Shown here piece by piece: positions 28,899 through 38,969 of a stretch of 64,000 bases of DNA; position 1 is the stretch's first letter; every line of letters begins with the position of its first letter. The translations under genes were made by a program, and so were the position numbers. Below the pieces are notes generated by a model that was not told where the DNA came from, made no database searches, and worked only from the letters and a program-made list of their open reading frames with translations. The stretch is from an uncultured virus (IMG/VR IMGVR_UViG_3300031646_000001) (Duplodnaviria; Heunggongvirae; Uroviricota; Caudoviricetes): IMG/VR virus record IMGVR_UViG_3300031646_000001; one strand, written 5' to 3'.

Positions 28899-29773
28899 AA
28901 AAAACTTGCTGGATTAAATTCTATTTTTTGATTATAAGAATGTTCGCATTCCGGGCATACAAGTTTCCACTCTCTAGCGATGCCTTTGTCATTTACACTA
29001 TTTGCTTCGTTCATGATTAGATCGGCTTCTTGTTTTCCAATGCCTTGTACCCATGCTAAAATATGTTTTTTATTAGTAACTTCAGTTTCTTCGGTTGCTT
29101 CGCCCTCTTCATCTTCGGTACTAGGTATAATAACTTTAATAATAGAATTGGCCAAGATTACAATATTCAAATCTGCCATTGCTTGAAAACTTTTATTAAA
29201 TACCTTTAATTTTTCAAAGTCATCAATTTTCTTTTCTTCATCAGATGTTAATCTATTAAGTTCGGTAGTTTCACGGAATGCTTGAAGAGCAGCCATTTGA
29301 CTATCTTTATATGTATATGGCCGAATATAAACAGTTAAACCATTATCTAGATTAACTATATATTCGTCATCTAGTTCTTCAACAGTTTCTAAAATAGCCT
29401 CGATATTAACATCATAATCATGCTTGTGCTCACATTCAGGACACTCAGAACCAATTGGTAAATCTTGCCCGTATGTTGCATATCTCGATGCAAGTAAAAT
29501 TACATCAACATCATTTGATGATAAGTTATAAACATCTTGAATTCCTGTTACACTACGAATAACTGAAACTAAACTTTCACCGTTTAGCAATGCATCAGGA
29601 TTACGAAGCATGGTTTCGTCTTTTGCAGTCATCGGAAAAATAGGAATTTCGTCAGTAATTTGACTTTGTGTGTCCAGTTCTGAAAATTTACCTCGACTTG
29701 GTAAAGATACATATAATTTTGGAACTCTAAGAAATCCGTCCAATGGATTAATATTTTTTACGTTAGTAGTCAT
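28883..29773 (-). CDS. gp26: Baseplate hub assembly/tail assembly chaperone, gp26-like
   Basis: PMTAKDETML..PDALLNGES, DVDVILLASRYATYG, two CPECEH zinc knuckles; divergent from the tape measure gene. Confidence 0.75.
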   Translation of the reverse strand: MTTNVKNINPLDGFLRVPKLYVSLPSRGKFSELDTQSQITDEIPIFPMTAKDETMLRNPDALLNGESLVSVIRSVTGIQDVYNLSSNDVDVILLASRYATYGQDLPIGSECPECEHKHDYDVNIEAILETVEELDDEYIVNLDNGLTVYIRPYTYKDSQMAALQAFRETTELNRLTSDEEKKIDDFEKLKVFNKSFQAMADLNIVILANSIIKVIIPSTEDEEGEATEETEVTNKKHILAWVQGIGKQEADLIMNEANSVNDKGIAREWKLVCPECEHSYNQKIEFNPASFFDIGS

Positions 29774-29879
29774 GTCTGTTTTGACCTCCGAATTTCGTTG
29801 GATAAATATTATTATATAATAAGATAATGTTAACCTATAATATTATTTATCTACGTATATAATGGTGGATTAAGCAAAT

Positions 29880-32800
29880 ATGGCAGAAATGATGATCGAT
29901 GATTGGGCAACGGAGACGACGCTCGATAAAATCAGACAAATTCTAGAAGGTAATATTAAAAAAGGCCCGCTAGATGCCCTTCTCAAAGTAATGGAGGACA
30001 TGGCTAAAGGAAAGGACGTTGATGCGGCCCGGGCCCGATCCGTTATGGAATCTGCTAAAGCAACTGCTGATGCAACCACCTCAAGCGCAGATGCAGAAGG
30101 TAAAAAGTCAGGTGTTGAAGATTCTCGTTGGCGCAAATTAATCGACAACGGCAAAAAAGTCCACAATGAAATTGCAAAACAAGATATTGGTAAGCATTTA
30201 ATGGATGCTGGCGGTATGCTTGCTATGCCTATTGCGTCAATGGAAGACGCATTTGCTAAAATTAGTGGAGTGTTTACAGCAGTTGGCGCAAGTGTTTTTA
30301 ATGCATCAAAAGCATTAATATCAAGTATGGGTAAAATTGGTGCAGGCATTGGTAAAGCAATGGGTGCTATTGGTATGTTTGGCGGTGCTTTATTAAGTGT
30401 TGCCACAGGCGCAGTTGGATATTTACTCGGTGCTATAACCGCAATGGGAGATACATTCTTTGATCTGTATGATACAGGTATTAACTTTGCATCAGGATTA
30501 AAAGAAGGTGCATCTGGTATAGGATCAATGTTAGAAGTTGCTACTGATGCTAGATTATCTCTTGGAGATTTTGCAGAATACTTAGCAAAAAATACTTCAG
30601 TGGCACTTAGTATTGGTACTAAAAATATGGCGCAACTTAGTCTTGGTGTTAGAGATGCAATATATGATATGGGTGCCTTTGGAATGTCAATTTCAGAGAC
30701 TAATGAATATTTAGGCGATTATTTAGAATCGTCACGTTTGACTGGCACATTAGAATCAATGAACCAAGCACAACGAACGCAAGCAGGCGCGGAATATTTA
30801 GAACAAATTACTAGGTTATCTGCGGCAACCGGTAAACGACGAAAGCAAGTTGCTGAAGAATTAGCACAAATAAAGAAAAGTACTGGTGCTCGAGCCTTTT
30901 TAATGGCCCTTGGTGATAAAGAAAGATTACAAGCAGAGCAGGCAATCGACACGATGACGGGTTTAATGAATACGTTTGATGACACCGGCGGTATGTCTAA
31001 AGATTTTGCCGACTCGCTGTTGTTAGGAAACTTTGCCGCAACCGAAACTGGTATTGCAATGGCACAATCCGGACGTCAAGTTGAAGCAAACATGATTCAA
31101 GACATTCAAAATAGACTTAAAAATGGCCAATTAAATAAGAAACAAGCCGAAGAAGAAATGAAGCGAGTGGCTGCTTATGCGGCCGCTAATACATCCGCAA
31201 TAGAAGCCACAGCACAAATAGCCGTGGCGTTCGGCGACGAAGCCCGTCAACATGTAGCGTTTACAGCAGGTGCTAAATTATTAAACAAATCTATGGCAGA
31301 CATGAATACTGGAGTAACCAAGACCGAAAAAAGTATCGGAAACTGGGATGAAATGCAAAATGCTATCTCACAGACTTGGCAAAAATTTATGTCTACCTTA
31401 TTTGGCGGCGATGAAGGAAATGACTTTTCTAAGATATTAGGCGATATCTCAGCGACGTTCAGCACAATGTTAGGTCCAAACTCAGATTTTACTAAATCAT
31501 TGCATAGTTTTGCTGAAACAATGGCAACACATGTATTAGAGGCATTAAAATGGTTTCAGAGCGGCGGCGCCAAGGAAACGATGGGAAAGATAAAGACCTT
31601 TTTAGCAGAACTCCCAGTTAAAATTAAGGCGTTTACTGCTGGCCTCGGTGAAATGGTAGACGCTATTAAGAGCTTTTTAATGAAAGACTCCGGTGAAAAA
31701 GACAAAGATGGCAAAGCAATTATGGAATTTAAATCCTTTGGCGAAATTATTGGCGACACAATTAAAAAAGGCCTTGCCGCGGTAAATTGGCTTAAAGTTG
31801 GAGGTATTATTGCGGCCGCATTTGCTGGTATATTCCTTATGAAATCCGTTGTAGGCATGTTTACTTCATCACTTACTACTGGTATGGGTTCTCTATTAGG
31901 CAAAGTGGCACCTGGCTTAGCAAAAGTAACCGGCGGCGCTGGCGCGGCCGTTAGTAAGGTAGCAGGCGGCGGCGGCGCAAGCAAAGGCGGAATGGATACA
32001 ATTGCTAAAGCAGTAGGTAAACTTGGTAAAGGAGTTGGCCAAGCAATTAAAGGACTTATGCAAGGCGTGGCCGGCGGATTAAGTGCATTCAAACCACAAG
32101 TATTAATAGGTGCAGTAATATTTGGTTTATCGATAGCGGCAGTCGGCGCAGGTATAGCGGCGGCGGCGTGGATTATGGGTAAAGCATTACCCACACTTGC
32201 TGAAGGTTTAGGAAGTTTTGCTACTCTTGATGGAGATAATTTACTTGATGTTGGTTTAGGAATGCTTGCTGTAGCCGCAGGATTAGCGGCTATGGGCGCC
32301 GGATCGGTAGTCTCAGGAATTGGTGGTTTAGTAGGCGGCGCATTTAGTAAATTAGGAGACATGATCGGCGCTAAAAGTCCACTTGTAATGTTAGAAGAAT
32401 TTAGTAAAGTTAATATTAATACTAAAAACGCTATAAAAAATGCCGAAGCAATGGTAGCATTTTCAAAAGCAATGGCTATGGGAGGCGGCGGAGCGGCCGC
32501 GGCAGGTATTGGTACGTTAGTTGGCGGAATAACTGGTGCCCTTGGTAAATTCTTTGGCGCCGATGATCCGTTAACACAACTTAAAAAGTTTGGCGCGGTT
32601 GATATCGATGGTGCAAAAGTTAAAGTTAATGCCGAGGCAATGAAACTTTTTGCTAGTGCAATGGCAGATGCACCAACAATGAAAACAGATGTAGTCGGTG
32701 CGTTGTTTGCTGGAGTTGTAAGCATTTTTGGCGGCACTGTAACAATGCCTTGGGCCAATTTAAAGTTATTTGCTGATGCAGATGTCGACGGAGCAAAAGT

Positions 32801-34088
32801 TAAAGTTAATGCTGAAGCAATGAAACTCTTTGCCAGTGCAATGGAGGCCGCACCAGTAATCAAGCCAGATATAGTTGGTGCTTTGTTTGCTGGAGTTGTA
32901 AGCATTTTCGGCGGCACTGCAACAATGCCTTGGGCCAATTTAAAGTTATTTGCCGATGCTGATATTGATGGTGCAAAAGTTAAAACTAATGCCGACGCAA
33001 TGAAACTTTTTGCCACAGCGATGGAAACTGCACCAGTAATCAAATCAGATGTAATTGGTGCGTTGTTTGGAGCAATTGTAAGTATATTTGGTGGCGAAGT
33101 AAAAATGCCGTGGGATAACTTAAAGTTATTTGCCGATGCTGATATTGATGGAGTAAAAGTAACAGCAAATTCTGCCGCAATGAAAGCATTTTCCAACGCA
33201 ATGACTAATGTACCAGTAATTGAAACTACAAAGGTTGGTGGATTATTTGGTGCTATTGGAACTATTTTCAGTGGTAAAACAGTAATGCCATGGGCAAATG
33301 TAAAAGCATTTGCTGATGCAGACATGGGCGATGCAACTAAGTTAACGGCAAATGCTAAAGCATTAGGTGATTTTGGTACAGCAGTATCAGGTATGCCAGT
33401 AATGCCAGAAGGCACAAGAGAAGGTGGTGCTTGGGGATTTGTTAAAGGTATATTTGCTGGCGACACAAAAATGCCATGGGATAAAGTGAAAGCATTTGCT
33501 GATGCAGACATGGGCGATACTACTAAAATAGTAGCCAATGCTAATGCTTTATCAATATTTAGTAAAACAATGTCAGGTATTGATCTAGCAAGTCTCGAAG
33601 CATGGGGCGATTCGGATTCAATGGATAAAATGTCTAGTGCATTTGGAAACTTGTTTGGTAAAAATTCACCATTAACTCAAATAGCAAACTTAGATAAAAT
33701 TTCTACGCCATTATCAACAGCAGGCACATCATTAGATGCTTTTAATCCTAAAATGAAAACATTATATGATATGTTAAAAGATCCTGCATTTGTAGCAGGC
33801 GCCGGAGCAATTAAAGTATTAACTTCTAATTTAGGAGATCTTGATGATGCAGTTAATGACTGGTCGAAAGATGAATTAGAACAATTTAAATCTATTACTT
33901 CGTCGTTAGGTAATTTCACAGGCGCTCAAATTAAAGGCGGCCAAGAAGCACAAACAGGAAAATTAGAAGAAATTAATACATTATTAAAATCCATCGACGA
34001 ACACGTTGTTGCACAGACAACAGCATTGTTAGGTGAGGGTAAGAGAACTACCGCGGCCACTAAAGACTCAAGTATGCATGTATCTTAA
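29880..34088 (+). CDS. Tape measure protein
   Basis: 1402 aa, Ala/Gly-rich helical and amphipathic sequence, WATETTL N-terminus, tandem ~60-aa repeats; TAAATA at 29803-29808. Confidence 0.7.
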   Translation: MAEMMIDDWATETTLDKIRQILEGNIKKGPLDALLKVMEDMAKGKDVDAARARSVMESAKATADATTSSADAEGKKSGVEDSRWRKLIDNGKKVHNEIAKQDIGKHLMDAGGMLAMPIASMEDAFAKISGVFTAVGASVFNASKALISSMGKIGAGIGKAMGAIGMFGGALLSVATGAVGYLLGAITAMGDTFFDLYDTGINFASGLKEGASGIGSMLEVATDARLSLGDFAEYLAKNTSVALSIGTKNMAQLSLGVRDAIYDMGAFGMSISETNEYLGDYLESSRLTGTLESMNQAQRTQAGAEYLEQITRLSAATGKRRKQVAEELAQIKKSTGARAFLMALGDKERLQAEQAIDTMTGLMNTFDDTGGMSKDFADSLLLGNFAATETGIAMAQSGRQVEANMIQDIQNRLKNGQLNKKQAEEEMKRVAAYAAANTSAIEATAQIAVAFGDEARQHVAFTAGAKLLNKSMADMNTGVTKTEKSIGNWDEMQNAISQTWQKFMSTLFGGDEGNDFSKILGDISATFSTMLGPNSDFTKSLHSFAETMATHVLEALKWFQSGGAKETMGKIKTFLAELPVKIKAFTAGLGEMVDAIKSFLMKDSGEKDKDGKAIMEFKSFGEIIGDTIKKGLAAVNWLKVGGIIAAAFAGIFLMKSVVGMFTSSLTTGMGSLLGKVAPGLAKVTGGAGAAVSKVAGGGGASKGGMDTIAKAVGKLGKGVGQAIKGLMQGVAGGLSAFKPQVLIGAVIFGLSIAAVGAGIAAAAWIMGKALPTLAEGLGSFATLDGDNLLDVGLGMLAVAAGLAAMGAGSVVSGIGGLVGGAFSKLGDMIGAKSPLVMLEEFSKVNINTKNAIKNAEAMVAFSKAMAMGGGGAAAAGIGTLVGGITGALGKFFGADDPLTQLKKFGAVDIDGAKVKVNAEAMKLFASAMADAPTMKTDVVGALFAGVVSIFGGTVTMPWANLKLFADADVDGAKVKVNAEAMKLFASAMEAAPVIKPDIVGALFAGVVSIFGGTATMPWANLKLFADADIDGAKVKTNADAMKLFATAMETAPVIKSDVIGALFGAIVSIFGGEVKMPWDNLKLFADADIDGVKVTANSAAMKAFSNAMTNVPVIETTKVGGLFGAIGTIFSGKTVMPWANVKAFADADMGDATKLTANAKALGDFGTAVSGMPVMPEGTREGGAWGFVKGIFAGDTKMPWDKVKAFADADMGDTTKIVANANALSIFSKTMSGIDLASLEAWGDSDSMDKMSSAFGNLFGKNSPLTQIANLDKISTPLSTAGTSLDAFNPKMKTLYDMLKDPAFVAGAGAIKVLTSNLGDLDDAVNDWSKDELEQFKSITSSLGNFTGAQIKGGQEAQTGKLEEINTLLKSIDEHVVAQTTALLGEGKRTTAATKDSSMHVS
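32575..33545 (+). repeat. ~180-bp (60-aa) tandem repeats in the tape measure gene, 5-6 copies
   Basis: MPW(A/D)NLKLFADAD(V/I)DGAKVK.NA.AMKLFA unit; DNA aligns at 32581, 32761, 32941 and 33121, then degenerates. Confidence 0.85.
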
Positions 34089-34093
34089 AAGAC

Positions 34094-34122
34094 TTGACTG
34101 TGGTAATAAATACTGTTATAAT
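34094..34122 (+). promoter_or_regulatory. Composite promoter for the portal gene: sigma70 consensus with a nested late motif
   Basis: TTGACT-17 nt-TATAAT, with TAAATA (34107-34112) inside the spacer. Confidence 0.6.
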
Positions 34123-34147
34123 TAACAAATAATTTGGATGAATCTTA

Positions 34148-35881
34148 ATGAGTTGGCGAAAACATTTTACAGTATACGATCAATCTAACTTTAGAGGTAG
34201 AGCAGATAGTGCTACCGGAACAGGTGCGGCATCTAATAGCAAATATGCTTCGTGGTTACCTGAAGTATATATGGGCCCACCTAATAGACTCGAACGTTAT
34301 ATGCAATATGACCAAATGGATGCAGATAGTGAAGTAAATGCGGCATTAGATATTATTGCTGAATTTTGTACACAAGTCGATGATGCTACAACATTACCAT
34401 TTGAAATACATTTTAAAAAAGAAGCAACTGAATCAGAAATTAATGTATTGCAAAGTACTTTAAGACAATGGTGTAATATTAATGATATGGATCGTCGTGC
34501 TTGGCGTTTAGTGCGTAGCACATTAAAATATGGCGATCAATTTTTTATGCGTGATCCTGAAACTTGGAAGTTATATTGGATCGATCCAGCAAAAGTTGAA
34601 AAGGTTATTGTTAATGAAGGCAAGGGCAAAAAAGCAGAAGAATATTGGATTAAAGATTTAGATCTTAATTTGCAAACTTTAGTTGCAAGTAATATGCATT
34701 CTGGACGTGATTATTCGTCCAAAGCAAATCCAGCCATCCCAAATATAACAGGTGGCCAATCATCGTCGACTGTTGGTTCAATGGAAGGCTTAGGTATGGG
34801 AGGCTCAACAGCAGGATTTAGTAATGCAGTACCAGTTGATGCAACTAATATTGTACATATTAGTTTAAGTGAAGGCTTAGATAATAACTGGCCTTTTGGT
34901 AATAGTATTTTAGAGCCAGTTTATAAAATCTTTAAGCAAAAAGAAATGCTTGAAGATGCTATTTTAATTTATCGTGTACAACGTGCTCCAGAACGCAGAG
35001 TATTTTATGTTGATGTTGGTGATATGCCACGTTCACGTGCTATGGCGTTTATTGAGCAAGTTAAAAATGAAATTCATCAAAAAAGAATTCCTAATAAATC
35101 AGGCGGCGGCGCCAATGTAATGGACGCGGCATATAATCCATTATCAATGATTGAGGATTATTTCTTTGCACAAACTTCTGAAGGTAGAGGTTCACGAGTT
35201 GAAACATTACCGGGTGGTGAGAATTTAGGACAAATTGATGATTTAAAATATTTTAATAATAAATTATTACGTGGTTTACGTGTACCAAGTTCTTATTTGC
35301 CAACAGGACCAGAAGACGGTACTGCTGTTTATAGTGATGGCAGAGTTGGTACAGCATTTATTCAGGAATATAGATTTACAAATTTCTGTAAAAGACTACA
35401 AGATTTAATTTCACCGTGGTTAGATGATGAATTTAAATTATTTTGTAAACAGCGAGGTATTGAGGTCGAAGCAAGTTTGTTCGAATTAGAATTTACAGAA
35501 CCACAAAATTTTGGTAAGTATAGACAAATTGAAGTTGATGGCGCACAAATGAATGTGTTTTCAGCCGCTGTAGCAATTCCGTTTATGAGTAAACGTTTTG
35601 CAATGAAACGGTATTTGGCATTGACAGATGACGAAATCCAACAAAATGAAAGATTATTCCTTGAGGAAGTTGGCGCCGAACATCCAATGACTGCACTTGA
35701 TGCAAGCATGGTTGATGTTGGTGTACGTCCAATGGATAGTGGTGATTTAGCACCTGATATTGATGCAGATTTGGATATGGGTGGCGATATAGGTGGTATG
35801 GAACCCGGAGCAGAGTCTCCAATTAGTGGTGCAGAAAATGCGCCAGCACCTGTAGCACCAGCGGCAGAACCGGCTGTATAA
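34148..35881 (+). CDS. gp20: Portal protein
   Basis: LEDAILIYRVQRAPERRVFYVDVGDMP, EDYFF..EGRGSRVETLPGGENLGQIDD, LRVPSSYL. Confidence 0.95.
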   Translation: MSWRKHFTVYDQSNFRGRADSATGTGAASNSKYASWLPEVYMGPPNRLERYMQYDQMDADSEVNAALDIIAEFCTQVDDATTLPFEIHFKKEATESEINVLQSTLRQWCNINDMDRRAWRLVRSTLKYGDQFFMRDPETWKLYWIDPAKVEKVIVNEGKGKKAEEYWIKDLDLNLQTLVASNMHSGRDYSSKANPAIPNITGGQSSSTVGSMEGLGMGGSTAGFSNAVPVDATNIVHISLSEGLDNNWPFGNSILEPVYKIFKQKEMLEDAILIYRVQRAPERRVFYVDVGDMPRSRAMAFIEQVKNEIHQKRIPNKSGGGANVMDAAYNPLSMIEDYFFAQTSEGRGSRVETLPGGENLGQIDDLKYFNNKLLRGLRVPSSYLPTGPEDGTAVYSDGRVGTAFIQEYRFTNFCKRLQDLISPWLDDEFKLFCKQRGIEVEASLFELEFTEPQNFGKYRQIEVDGAQMNVFSAAVAIPFMSKRFAMKRYLALTDDEIQQNERLFLEEVGAEHPMTALDASMVDVGVRPMDSGDLAPDIDADLDMGGDIGGMEPGAESPISGAENAPAPVAPAAEPAV

Positions 35882-35894
35882 GGTAAATAATATT

Positions 35895-36119
35895 ATGAAA
35901 GTAAAAGATATTTTAATTGAAGGTTATTATGATGTCGAGAAAGACAGGTACGGTGTTGCTCTAATTGATGACACCCGACGTCCACGATTTACTTTAGAAC
36001 ATTTAAATAAATTAAGAAAAGTTAGAGAATTTCGTAAATTTGAAAAAATTAATAGAAAATCTTTATTGCAACAAATATATGGTCCACCGCCAGCAGAAGG
36101 CGAAATGGGCGGTTTATAA
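35895..36119 (+). CDS. Small head-associated protein
   Basis: 74 aa between portal and core genes; DTRRPRFTLEHLNKLRK; TAAATA 5 nt upstream. Confidence 0.65.
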   Translation: MKVKDILIEGYYDVEKDRYGVALIDDTRRPRFTLEHLNKLRKVREFRKFEKINRKSLLQQIYGPPPAEGEMGGL

Positions 36120-36289
36120 TAATATAATAATTAAAATATTAGTTATTGAAATTAAAAATTATTTAAATATATTTCCGGCCAAAAAAACATCTTTTTCGGC
36201 CTAAAAATCCCCTTATTACCCCCCTTTTAAGTAAGACATCTTAAATATTATTACAAACTCTTTCGCGGTTAGAAGAGAGGAGAATTCGG

Positions 36290-37219
36290 ATGTCAAGACA
36301 AAAACTTGAAAAGGTATTAGAATACCTTATTAATGATGAAGAAGCACAGGCAACTGATCTTTTGCATCAAGTTTTCGTTGAGAAGGCTCGCAGTATTCAC
36401 GAATCATTAATTGAAGATGAGGATGAGGATATTGATGAGGCTCTTAATGATGACGATGATGCCGAAGAAAAATCTGTCGACGAAAATATGAAATCTGATT
36501 TTAGGGATGAAATGAAGGACGAAAACGAAAGTGTTCGAACTCATGAAGATGAACTAGAAGCAGAAGAAGCATTTGAAGCCGATGATGATGACGATGCTGA
36601 ATTTGATGACGCTGAAGCAGAAGACGAACTAGACGACATGATGGGTAACGACGAAGCCGAAGCACCAGAAGGTGAAGAGGAAGAAGTCGAAGACCGAGTA
36701 GATGATCTAGAAACCGCAATCGAAGAACTTAAAGCACAGTTTGATGAACTCATGGGTGCAGAAGATACAGGCGACGAAATGGACGCCGGTGATGAAATGG
36801 GCATGGATGATGAAATGACCATGGAATTACCAGCAGAAGAAGAGTCAATTGCATTCGAAGCCAAAGACGACGATGAAGAAAACGTTGATGAGGCAAAAGC
36901 CGATGATGATGACGATGCTGATGAGTTGGACGAGGCTGCAGATTTAAAGGCTGTTGGCAATGCAAAGATGGGTGATGATGGCGACGCTGGTGCAAAAAGC
37001 ACAATTACAGGCGGAAACCTCAAGAAATCCGATCAAGGTGTCAAAGTTCCAAATATTGCAGGCGGCGATGAGAAAGGTCGTTCAGCAGACAAACCTGCCG
37101 AAGGCATGACAACAAATCAAGATGCTAAACTTTCAGCCGGACCAAAGGCAGAAAGTGGCGACAAGTCTGATAAAGGCGCAAAATCGATGGTAGGCGCTGG
37201 TAAAGACTTAAGGAAATAA
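36290..37219 (+). CDS. Acidic prohead core/scaffold protein (gp67-like position)
   Basis: Extremely Asp/Glu-rich; lies between portal and protease; GAGGAG RBS; TAAATA at 36242-36247. Confidence 0.65.
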   Translation: MSRQKLEKVLEYLINDEEAQATDLLHQVFVEKARSIHESLIEDEDEDIDEALNDDDDAEEKSVDENMKSDFRDEMKDENESVRTHEDELEAEEAFEADDDDDAEFDDAEAEDELDDMMGNDEAEAPEGEEEEVEDRVDDLETAIEELKAQFDELMGAEDTGDEMDAGDEMGMDDEMTMELPAEEESIAFEAKDDDEENVDEAKADDDDDADELDEAADLKAVGNAKMGDDGDAGAKSTITGGNLKKSDQGVKVPNIAGGDEKGRSADKPAEGMTTNQDAKLSAGPKAESGDKSDKGAKSMVGAGKDLRK

Positions 37220-37225
37220 TGAGTA

Positions 37226-37870
37226 ATGATTAAACCTTTATATGAACGTTTAACATTTGATCAAGCTCAAGCAACTGTTGAGTCGCGTAATCGCGACGAC
37301 GGTACAGGTAAAGATCTTTATATGAAAGGTATCTTTATCCAGGGTGGTGTTAAGAACCAAAATGAACGTGTTTATCCTGTAAACGAAATAAACTCTGCTG
37401 TTGAATCAATAATGGAGCGATTGCGTGAAGGACAAACAGTTCTTGGAGAAGCAGATCACCCAGAAGAACTGACAGTTAACTTGGACAGGGTTAGTCACAT
37501 CATTCAAGAAATGTGGATGGATGGACCTAATGGATATGGTAAACTTAAAATAGTTCCAACTCCAATGGGTAACATTGTAGCAACATTGCTTGAAAGTGGT
37601 GCAAAATTAGGCGTATCCTCTAGAGGCAGCGGTAACGTAAACGAAGGCGGAGAAGTATCCGAATTTGAAATTGTTACTGTTGATATAGTAGCTCAACCAA
37701 GTGCCCCGAAAGCATATCCAAAGACTGTTTATGAAAGTCTTCAGAATTATGAAAAGGGACAAAATTTACATAACCTAGCAGAAGCAATGGTGCATGATAA
37801 AAAAGCTCAAAAATATTTACAAGATGGTATTGTAAAATTTCTTGAGGAATTAAGAAAAGGAAGTAATTAG
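37226..37870 (+). CDS. gp21: Prohead protease
   Basis: GIFIQGGVKNQNERVYP, GEADHP, LGVSSRGSG, TVDIVAQPSAP. Confidence 0.95.
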   Translation: MIKPLYERLTFDQAQATVESRNRDDGTGKDLYMKGIFIQGGVKNQNERVYPVNEINSAVESIMERLREGQTVLGEADHPEELTVNLDRVSHIIQEMWMDGPNGYGKLKIVPTPMGNIVATLLESGAKLGVSSRGSGNVNEGGEVSEFEIVTVDIVAQPSAPKAYPKTVYESLQNYEKGQNLHNLAEAMVHDKKAQKYLQDGIVKFLEELRKGSN

Positions 37871-37879
37871 GAGAAACAC

Positions 37880-38959
37880 ATGGCCGAAGCACTCAAAGAA
37901 TTACTAGAGAGCGATCTCCTAGACGAAAATACAAAAGCCAGTATTCAAGAAGCATGGGAAAGTAACATAGCAGAGGCGAAAGAAGCAATTGCTTCAGAAC
38001 TTCGCGAAGAGTTTGCCAATCGCTATGACAGTGACAAGGCACAACTTGTCGAGGCTATGGATAACATGCTTAATGATACTATTAAGGCCGAAATCGAAGA
38101 GTTCAATGAAGAACGCAAAGGTCTACTACAGGCCCGAGTTGATTATAAGAATGCAGTAAAAATTCATACTGAGGCTTTAAATCAATTTGTAATGGATTCA
38201 CTTAAGGGTGAAATCAACGAACTCAGAGAAGATCGCAACCAACAATTTAGTAACTTTAACAAATTGGAAGGTTTTGTACTAAAGCAACTCGCAGGCGAGA
38301 TTGCCGAATTCAACGATGATAAGAAGTCACTCGCTGAAGCAAAAGTTAAATTAATTACGGAAGGTCGTTCAAAATTAAATGAGGCGAAAGCCAAATTTAT
38401 TAAGCGTAGTGCAAAAACTGTGGAAGCAGTTATTGAAAAAGTACTACGTAGCGAAATGACGCAATTAAGAGAAGATATTAAGTCCGCACGTGAAAACAAC
38501 TTCGGACGTAAGATTTTCGAATCATTTGCCGCAGAGTATATGACATCATATCTCGCAGAAGGTACAGAAATCCGAAAACTCAATTTAAATATTGAGAAAC
38601 AACAAAAATCAATCAATACGCTAACTGAAGCAAAAGAAAATGCAGAAATTGCCGGAAGGAAACTTCAGGGCAAAATCAACCGTGATAAAGTCATGGGTGA
38701 ACTGCTAGGCCCTCTAGCAAAAGCAAAGCGTGAGATTATGGAAGAATTACTTGAAAGTGTTCAGACAAAGAACCTTAAAGGTAGTTTCCAAAAATACTTA
38801 CCAGCAGTTTTGAATGAAATCGCTGTTAAGGACGATACTTCAAAGAAGGCTACGCTCACCGAAAGAACTGGTGATAAAGTAGTAGCAAAATCAGAAGAAA
38901 CCTCTAGAGATGGTACAGCGCAGGTTGTTCATCTTAAGAAATTAGCAGGAATCAATTAA
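37880..38959 (+). CDS. gp22: Prohead core scaffolding protein
   Basis: Coiled-coil and Glu-rich; located between protease and major capsid genes. Confidence 0.8.
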   Translation: MAEALKELLESDLLDENTKASIQEAWESNIAEAKEAIASELREEFANRYDSDKAQLVEAMDNMLNDTIKAEIEEFNEERKGLLQARVDYKNAVKIHTEALNQFVMDSLKGEINELREDRNQQFSNFNKLEGFVLKQLAGEIAEFNDDKKSLAEAKVKLITEGRSKLNEAKAKFIKRSAKTVEAVIEKVLRSEMTQLREDIKSARENNFGRKIFESFAAEYMTSYLAEGTEIRKLNLNIEKQQKSINTLTEAKENAEIAGRKLQGKINRDKVMGELLGPLAKAKREIMEELLESVQTKNLKGSFQKYLPAVLNEIAVKDDTSKKATLTERTGDKVVAKSEETSRDGTAQVVHLKKLAGIN

Positions 38960-38969
38960 GGAGAGAACA

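Noticed and set aside
31556..33538. 660-aa antisense ORF
   Set aside because: It is a shadow of the Ala/Gly-rich tape measure gene, whose codon bias avoids reverse-strand stops; no RBS or recognisable domain
36120..36240. AT-rich tract with a GGCC..GGCC hairpin as a replication origin
   Set aside because: Short and adequately explained as a terminator/promoter spacer before the core gene; no iterons
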